From positions 5,547-69,546 of the IMG/VR virus record IMGVR_UViG_3300021399_000154: 64,000 nucleotides of DNA. One strand, given 5' to 3'. The first letter of the stretch is position 1; each line of letters opens with the position of its first letter. The notes under the pieces are model-generated. The model searched no databases. It had not been told where the DNA came from and saw nothing but the letters and a program-made list of their open reading frames with translations. Made by a program: the position numbers and the translations under genes. Shown here piece by piece: positions 57,796 through 64,000 of the stretch. The DNA is from a virus. Lineage: Duplodnaviria; Caudoviricetes.

Positions 57796-57800
57796 AATCA

Positions 57801-58025
57801 TCACTCCACATAATTATTAATCAATTTCGTCATTTCTCCTGGACTTGTAATAAAATCAACTTTTTCTTCATGATTAATTTTTAGTACGGGAGCATGATCA
57901 ATATGTAAATATTCTGCAATTTCTTCTAAGGGTTTTTCCTCATAAGCTATATTTTTTTGTTCTAGCTTAGTTTTAATCATATGACAAATGCCGCAAGATG
58001 GCAAAGTATATAAAGTAAATTGCAT
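57801..58025 (-). CDS. nrdH: NrdH/glutaredoxin-like redoxin (74 aa)
   Basis: LYTLPSCGIC...APVL; AGGAGG RBS; directly upstream of nrdD. Confidence 0.75.
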   Translation of the reverse strand: MQFTLYTLPSCGICHMIKTKLEQKNIAYEEKPLEEIAEYLHIDHAPVLKINHEEKVDFITSPGEMTKLINNYVE

Positions 58026-58026
58026 A

Positions 58027-58251
58027 TTAATTTGCCTCCTTTTGTTGTGAACAATGCTTTTTCCCGCAATACGGGCAAGTATCATCAACCCACGCAAAAT
58101 TATATTTTGTATCAAAATGAGGACAACGCGCCTGATTAATACGAATCATCGCTCGAATCTTATTTATAGTATCTTTTTGTTCCATTGTCGCAAGCGCTTG
58201 TTTCAAGATGCGGTCAAGCCGTTCCTTTTCAGCAATAATATCATCAATCAT
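58027..58251 (-). CDS. Hypothetical zinc-ribbon protein (74 aa)
   Basis: CPH...CPYCG; ATGA coupling. Confidence 0.7.
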   Translation of the reverse strand: MIDDIIAEKERLDRILKQALATMEQKDTINKIRAMIRINQARCPHFDTKYNFAWVDDTCPYCGKKHCSQQKEAN

Positions 58252-59333
58252 ATTCTCCAATAGCCTCCTTGTTTTAATGAGTTAAAAGTTTGATTAAATA
58301 GTTCTTTAGTTTCTGGGTAAAATTTAAACAATCGCTGTTTTTCTTCCTATAGAAAAGTTGCTTGTTCTTTTTGTAAATGTTTTGTTGTTCTATCGTCCAA
58401 TGTTCTTGTCAATTTACTATCAGTATTAGCCCAATTTTCCATTTCTAACTCTAATTTTTGTAACGGATTTTTATATCCAATTTTAGGGTAATCATATTTT
58501 ATTTTTAATTCAATCCCTCTGCTCCAGAAAGAATAGAGCAAATTAATTTTATAAATAAAGTCTTTATAATATTGTGTTGTCGTTGGGAATGAACCACCAA
58601 AGAAAATTGCTACTGAAGTAGTTTTATTAATATCTGCAAGAAACATTTTTTTATATGTTTTTAACATATAATAAACTTCAGATAAAGGAATGTTTAAATC
58701 CAATATAACCATATTAGTGCGTGCAATTTTAGGGAATGAACGTACGGCAGAAAATTCTGTTAAGGTTTTACAAATAATTGGGTGGACACAATAAATTGAA
58801 GAAGGTTTTCGTTCTGATATTTTTGTAATAATTTCCTACCAGTTATTATGTAGAAAGTTACGATCATAAATTAATATCCTTTTTCTAATATTAATAGGAG
58901 GAATAGGTAATTGTTGATCGTTCAAAAAAATACGATAATAAGAATCATCTAAAACATGCCCTATTACTTCTGTTTTGATTCCATTATTATATTTTTCTTT
59001 TAAAAATTCTTTATAAATAGCTGGTCGCGCGATAGTATAATCTATAATGCTATTCTCAAATGGTTTGTAAACACCATCTGTAAATGCGGTGCCGCCAAAT
59101 ATTACATTATTGGCGCGCAAAAACGCAGGTGGAATCTGTGGTTCTCCTGCGGTTTCACTAAAGAAATATATTTTGTCATAACTAGATAATTCAGTATCAT
59201 TTAAATCAAGGAGGCGGCAGAATTTATTTTCTTCTAATTTATAATATGTAGCCAATTTCATAATTTCTAAATTAGGAATTATGATGCGCGTAGATGTTGA
59301 AATTTGGGCATCATAATCAAGTAGACCAATCAT
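58248..59333 (-). CDS. Conserved protein resembling a degenerate radical-SAM/B12-binding-domain family (361 aa); 2 TAG
   Basis: IGLLDYD...PNLEIMKLATYYK...FGGTAF; no CxxxCxxC; TAG at 58836 and 58347. Confidence 0.6.
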
Positions 59334-62300
59334 TCATTCACCTCCATTCTTTCTTGTTGATATTCCAATACTCCGTCATGTTGGCCAATAATTTTCATAA
59401 TTACTGGATAAATTGAAGACTTTGTTTTTTTAGGAATGAAATCATTCCCTCTTTTTATTCCTTGTATTCTTAAAAGTGTGCCCCTTTTAAACCAACTCGA
59501 CTCTATAACGTGTTTTTTACCATCATCACCAATTACAGATATTTGTTTATCATATATTGCAAATTGATTTTTATAAATACGTATTAATACAACTCCGGTA
59601 GGAGTTAATAAAGTAACTGTATTTCGTGTCTTATCTTTATCTATCACAGTTCCAATAATATTATGTAATCTATATACTTTTACTTCTTGCCCGTTATTTG
59701 TAGTAAAACTATAATCAATTTCTGGATCTTCTGGGAGCTTAAAAAAATCATCAAATTCATATTGATAATCGGCTAATTCATGCTTATGATAATAAAAATT
59801 AATGCTTTCCATTTCCCAAGTTGAAATGTTTCCTTTTGCATATTTATTATCAACTTCGTCATATAAAGTTTGATTTAATTTATTTAATATTTCATCTTTA
59901 TGGTTTTTTAAATAATTTCTCATTGGATCCATTGCTTTTTTATAAATATTATCCCAAGTTTTTTGAAGAATCTTAGAGCCATTTTCAGTTACATCTAATT
60001 CAAAATATTTATCAATAAAACTTATAGCGGAGTCATTTAGTTCATAATAAATATCATTTTTACAAGTTTTTAAAAATTTATTAAATGAAAATAACTTGCC
60101 ATAAAAAACCATATCATCAGGAATTAAATTTTTATTAATAAGCATTTGCATATTTTGCAACGTTAGTCGTTCTTTAGTTTCACAAATAGATTTAAGATAT
60201 TTAGCTATAATATCTTCTCTTGGAATTCGTTCAACTTGATCAAATGCACCAGCTTTAATTAAGTTTAAAGTCTGTAATTTATTAGTTTTATTTTTTTCAA
60301 TAAAATCATCTAATGAATTATATGGGCGACGATCAATAATTTGATGAATAATTTTATTTGAGATTCTCGTAATTCCTCTTAATCCATAAATAATTGAATT
60401 ATTTTTAGCATCAGGAGCAAAAGTAAATGCAGATGAATTTACATCTGGTGGCAAAATTTTAATACCTCTTTTTTGGAAATTACCAATTGCAGTTGCTACT
60501 TTCCCGTAATCAGTATTTTTTTCTTTTTTCTTTTTCTTAATTGTTAAGTCATCTTCTTCATTATCTTCTTCGTCTTCTATTTCATCATCAACGATTTCTG
60601 CATTATCATCTTCATCATCTTTAAATTCATCTCCGCCACTGTTTGTAATAAGGCAAGCACAATTCCAATAAATAATCGGATAATAAGTAGTTAAGACTAA
60701 AATTTGTATCGCAATAAAGCTATAGGCTAGCGCGTGAGGCTCTGCAAATGCATATGACATTTGCGGTTCTATAGCGCTATACCATACATATTCTCCAAAT
60801 TCTTTACGAGGGCATTGAGAAATAAATTTTTCTTTTAGCTCGGGGATTTTATTTAACTGTTTTTTTGCGCAGATTTTTCTCGCGGCATTGCTTTCTTTTA
60901 ATGTAAAATGCGCTAATTTTGGTTCCATACATAGTAACATCAGTTTTTCTTGTGTCGTTGGCACTCCATACACGGGAAGATAATATGGCTCAAGAATTTT
61001 TATTTCTTCCTTTGTTAATCCCCAGTTTTGACATTCTTTATACCATTGATTAATATCATTTTTAAAACGCACGTATTTTTCAATCGGACGTTCCTGCCCT
61101 TTTTCACCTGTAAGACGTGTAAGCGCATTTGCCATCATCATCTGTAATGGATTTCGTGGTAAAATTGATTTTATGGCTTGGCCGCCAACCGGGGAATCAA
61201 ACTGAAACAGATCTACGACTTCTCCACTTGCTAAAGTATCCCAAATTTTGTCATCTTTTAAATTGATTACATCTGGATGTAAATATTTATTATAAATTTC
61301 TCTTAAGTTATTACATTCAGAAAAATAACCGTCATCTTTAAGTAAATTAATTGCATTCGCAATTTTATCACAAATTTCAGTGACAAGGAAGTCAAATTTT
61401 GTATCACCCATTGCTTCAGCATGATGTAAAGAAAATTGTGTTGTTAAATCACCATTTGGACTTCTCATAACTGCTCCAGTTTTCCAAGGATCATCATTAT
61501 ATAAAATAACGCCTGAAGCATGTTGGCTTCTTTTATTTACTAATCCATCAATACCATAAATAATATCAAGTAGACCCGGATACTTATTCATTTCTTCATT
61601 AAATGTATTAATAGGTTTCCTATCTTTTTCTACATTACCTTTGGTAACATCATCCAATGACCATAAGAATCCTCTTTCTTGAGGAATAAGACTTGCAATA
61701 TATTGCGCAGTATCATTATCAATACCATCAGGATATTGTTCTGATCTATATCCTCGACAAGCGGTAAGAATTGCGCTCTTTGTTCCTTCCGTCCCAAATG
61801 TTGCTACCTGTAAAACCTTAAGTTCTCCTCGTTCTTCACGGATCTTTTTTAAAATTAATGGCCGCTTTGATGGCGCCAAATCACAATCAATATCTGGAAG
61901 CTCAGTTCTTTCTTTATTTAAGAATCTCCATTCTGCTAGATTCCATTCAATCGGGTCTAATTGTGTAATTCCCATTAACTTATTTGATAAAAAACATACG
62001 CTACTACCGCGACCTGGACCTACTAAACTACCACAATTCCAAAACAAATCAATGAAATGCTGAAAAGTATTAAAATATTCAAATAAACAATTTCCCAATT
62101 TATTACCGATTGTTTGAATAATATCAGCTTCAGTTTCTAATCTTTTTATATATTTTTCATCTTGATGCCATCCGAGTTCTACCATTTTATTCCAGCATTC
62201 ATTAATCCAATAACGTTCTTGAATATTATCAGAACAAAATAATTTTGACAAAATAGGATAGCCATTTAAAAATGCATCTCGTTTTGGATAATTTTTTACT

Positions 62301-63253
62301 TCGACTTCTGGAATAATTGGGTTCTGAAAAATATCATATGAAGAAATTTTATTATAAATTTCCATTGAATTATTACATAATTCAATAAATTTTTTTTCTT
62401 CATAACTTTTACTTAAATACTCAAAAGCTTCATTATTATCCATTAAATGCGCAGTTGCATAAAATGAGTCTACTTCACGTTCGCCTTCTTTAGAATTTAA
62501 ATACGCCTTATGAACATATCTATCTTTTTTTAATAAATAATGAGCATCCGTGCCATAAATCATTTTAATATTAAAAGCTCGCGCGACACCTTCAATCCGT
62601 TTATTACAATAAATCTGCTCTTTAGTATCATTTGGTGCGACTTCAATATAAAAATCATCTTGAAATAAATTTTTACAAAAATCTAAAAAATTATTTAATT
62701 GATTTCTTGCTTCTTCAATTTCTTTATCGTTATGTCTATTTTCAGCATCCTTTAATTTTAATAAGGTCTGTGCATCTTCTCCTGCAATACAAGCAGTTGT
62801 AGCAATCACGTGCCCAGGATTTTTACTAATGATATTGGCCAATTCAGTCTTTAAAGTTGGAACACGTTCCATTCCTCGATCATAATAAGAATTATACCAA
62901 CTTTTAGATGATAATTCACATAATTGCCTAAACCCAATTGTATCTTTAGCAATTAAAATAAAGTGATAATATTTTTGTTTTTTATCTCGATTATCTGTTA
63001 AATAAATTTCATTACCAATACCACATTTAAAATTTTGTGGAATCAGTTGTTTTTCTTTTAATTCTTTTTCTAATTGTAACCATTCAACAGCACCGCATAA
63101 ACATTCATGATCTGTTAAACAAATACCAGAAAGCCCAAGATTAGCTGCAGTTAAAATCATATCTTTTGGGCGATTAATAGAATCTAATAATCTAATATTG
63201 CTATAATATGAGTGAGCATGAGTTTCCATTCTTGACACTTTCTTTAAATCCAC
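59330..63253 (-). CDS. dnaE: DNA polymerase III alpha subunit (1307 aa), TAG-free
   Basis: PHP motifs THAHS, TDHE and TDAHY; GPGRGS, PDIDCD, KFDFL; C-terminal OB fold. Confidence 0.95.
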   Translation of the reverse strand: MDLKKVSRMETHAHSYYSNIRLLDSINRPKDMILTAANLGLSGICLTDHECLCGAVEWLQLEKELKEKQLIPQNFKCGIGNEIYLTDNRDKKQKYYHFILIAKDTIGFRQLCELSSKSWYNSYYDRGMERVPTLKTELANIISKNPGHVIATTACIAGEDAQTLLKLKDAENRHNDKEIEEARNQLNNFLDFCKNLFQDDFYIEVAPNDTKEQIYCNKRIEGVARAFNIKMIYGTDAHYLLKKDRYVHKAYLNSKEGEREVDSFYATAHLMDNNEAFEYLSKSYEEKKFIELCNNSMEIYNKISSYDIFQNPIIPEVEVKNYPKRDAFLNGYPILSKLFCSDNIQERYWINECWNKMVELGWHQDEKYIKRLETEADIIQTIGNKLGNCLFEYFNTFQHFIDLFWNCGSLVGPGRGSSVCFLSNKLMGITQLDPIEWNLAEWRFLNKERTELPDIDCDLAPSKRPLILKKIREERGELKVLQVATFGTEGTKSAILTACRGYRSEQYPDGIDNDTAQYIASLIPQERGFLWSLDDVTKGNVEKDRKPINTFNEEMNKYPGLLDIIYGIDGLVNKRSQHASGVILYNDDPWKTGAVMRSPNGDLTTQFSLHHAEAMGDTKFDFLVTEICDKIANAINLLKDDGYFSECNNLREIYNKYLHPDVINLKDDKIWDTLASGEVVDLFQFDSPVGGQAIKSILPRNPLQMMMANALTRLTGEKGQERPIEKYVRFKNDINQWYKECQNWGLTKEEIKILEPYYLPVYGVPTTQEKLMLLCMEPKLAHFTLKESNAARKICAKKQLNKIPELKEKFISQCPRKEFGEYVWYSAIEPQMSYAFAEPHALAYSFIAIQILVLTTYYPIIYWNCACLITNSGGDEFKDDEDDNAEIVDDEIEDEEDNEEDDLTIKKKKKEKNTDYGKVATAIGNFQKRGIKILPPDVNSSAFTFAPDAKNNSIIYGLRGITRISNKIIHQIIDRRPYNSLDDFIEKNKTNKLQTLNLIKAGAFDQVERIPREDIIAKYLKSICETKERLTLQNMQMLINKNLIPDDMVFYGKLFSFNKFLKTCKNDIYYELNDSAISFIDKYFELDVTENGSKILQKTWDNIYKKAMDPMRNYLKNHKDEILNKLNQTLYDEVDNKYAKGNISTWEMESINFYYHKHELADYQYEFDDFFKLPEDPEIDYSFTTNNGQEVKVYRLHNIIGTVIDKDKTRNTVTLLTPTGVVLIRIYKNQFAIYDKQISVIGDDGKKHVIESSWFKRGTLLRIQGIKRGNDFIPKKTKSSIYPVIMKIIGQHDGVLEYQQERMEVNE

Positions 63254-63280
63254 ATAATCACTCCTTTCATTTTTTCTTTT

Positions 63281-63309
63281 ATTATATCATAAATTAAATA
63301 AATTGTCAA
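63281..63309 (-). promoter_or_regulatory. sigmaA promoter for dnaE
   Basis: TTGACA-17-TATAAT with TG. Confidence 0.85.
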
Positions 63310-63999
63310 TTAAAAATCATATTTACTTGAATTTGTATTTAATTCATAGTCATCACAAAAAACTTGAACGCTGGTTCTCCCCATATAATTATTTAAATTT
63401 GCGCGCCCGTAAATAGTTAATAAAGCAGTTCTATTATTAATTACTTGTTCTATAAAATCGCTATCTTTGAAACGAATATAATCAATACCATTCCAACTAA
63501 TTTTAATACTATCTTTATTGGTTCCCATTACAAAGATATTAGATAATGGAATATTCGTTACTACAAATTTAATTTCATCAATATGATTCCCAAAATATTC
63601 TGGATGCGCAGCCAGAGCAGTTAATAATTCTTGATTATCATCATTTGCATTTAAAATATAATCAACTAAATAACAGTTTTCAAAGTCTTCTGCTTTTAAT
63701 AACGTATTTGCATATTTAATAAATTGGTCAACCTTATTGCCAGATACGCCAAAACCGCAAGCATTTGCGTGGCCGGCCGCGTATTCAATTAAATTACTTT
63801 GTTCAAGAAAAGCCTTAAAACTAGGTAAGCCGCTAAAATTACCATCACTTCTAATACTACCTTGAATTAAATCTTTTTCATTTCTGCGACCAATCATACA
63901 TGGCTTATGATATTTAGAAACAACATTCATTGCAACTAAGCCAGTCATTTCTTGTGGAATATTATCATATTCATTTAATTCAATAAATAAAATATTATT
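63310..63999 (-). CDS. recJ: RecJ-like ssDNA exonuclease, C-terminal part (5' end outside window)
   Basis: DHHA1 motifs GLVAM...KPC...GSIRS...AGHANACG; frame open to the window edge. Confidence 0.8.
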   Translation of the reverse strand, partial: NNILFIELNEYDNIPQEMTGLVAMNVVSKYHKPCMIGRRNEKDLIQGSIRSDGNFSGLPSFKAFLEQSNLIEYAAGHANACGFGVSGNKVDQFIKYANTLLKAEDFENCYLVDYILNANDDNQELLTALAAHPEYFGNHIDEIKFVVTNIPLSNIFVMGTNKDSIKISWNGIDYIRFKDSDFIEQVINNRTALLTIYGRANLNNYMGRTSVQVFCDDYELNTNSSKYDF

Positions 64000-64000
64000 A

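Noticed and set aside
3502-59333. G-to-T sequencing or oxidation artefact turning GAG into TAG
   Set aside because: The same process would turn the much commoner GAA into in-frame TAA, which was not seen. TAG is also absent from whole gene classes.
59330-63253. Intein in DnaE or terminase
   Set aside because: Lengths and motif spacing are normal, and no C/S...HN-C/S/T splice motifs or LAGLIDADG blocks were found.
1-64000. Suppressor tRNA or any tRNA gene
   Set aside because: No cloverleaf or T-arm motif was recognised by eye in the few intergenic gaps. It probably lies outside the window; tRNAscan is needed to be sure.

Overview
A 64-kb segment of an AT-rich, tailed dsDNA phage (siphovirus-like, with an SPbeta-like head/tail gene order). 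Its sigmaA-type promoters, strong Shine-Dalgarno sites and anaerobic RNR suggest an anaerobic Firmicute host. The phage reads TAG as a sense codon: the ORF-track fragments are pieces of long single-frame genes broken only by TAG, and every real gene ends in TAA or TGA. There are three modules. (1) 1-3220, minus strand: small TAG-free early genes, each a cassette of palindromic operator, consensus promoter, RBS, ORF and a hairpin over the stop codon. (2) 3432-50902, plus strand: packaging, head and tail genes, including a terminase with a group I intron, portal, protease/scaffold, major capsid protein, tail tube, a ~6,070-aa tape measure with a group I intron, a large Dit and a split Tal. (3) 50917-64000, minus strand: RuvC-like resolvase, dUTPase, GIY-YIG protein, FTR/NrdG/NrdD (with intron)/NrdH, DnaE and RecJ. 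The main hypothesis is that TAG falls mostly at positions where these families have Glu, so it may encode Glu (or Glu/Gln ambiguously) rather than the Gln known from code-15 phages. No tRNA, lysis genes, integrase or CRISPR array were found. All family assignments come from motifs and recall; no database search was run.
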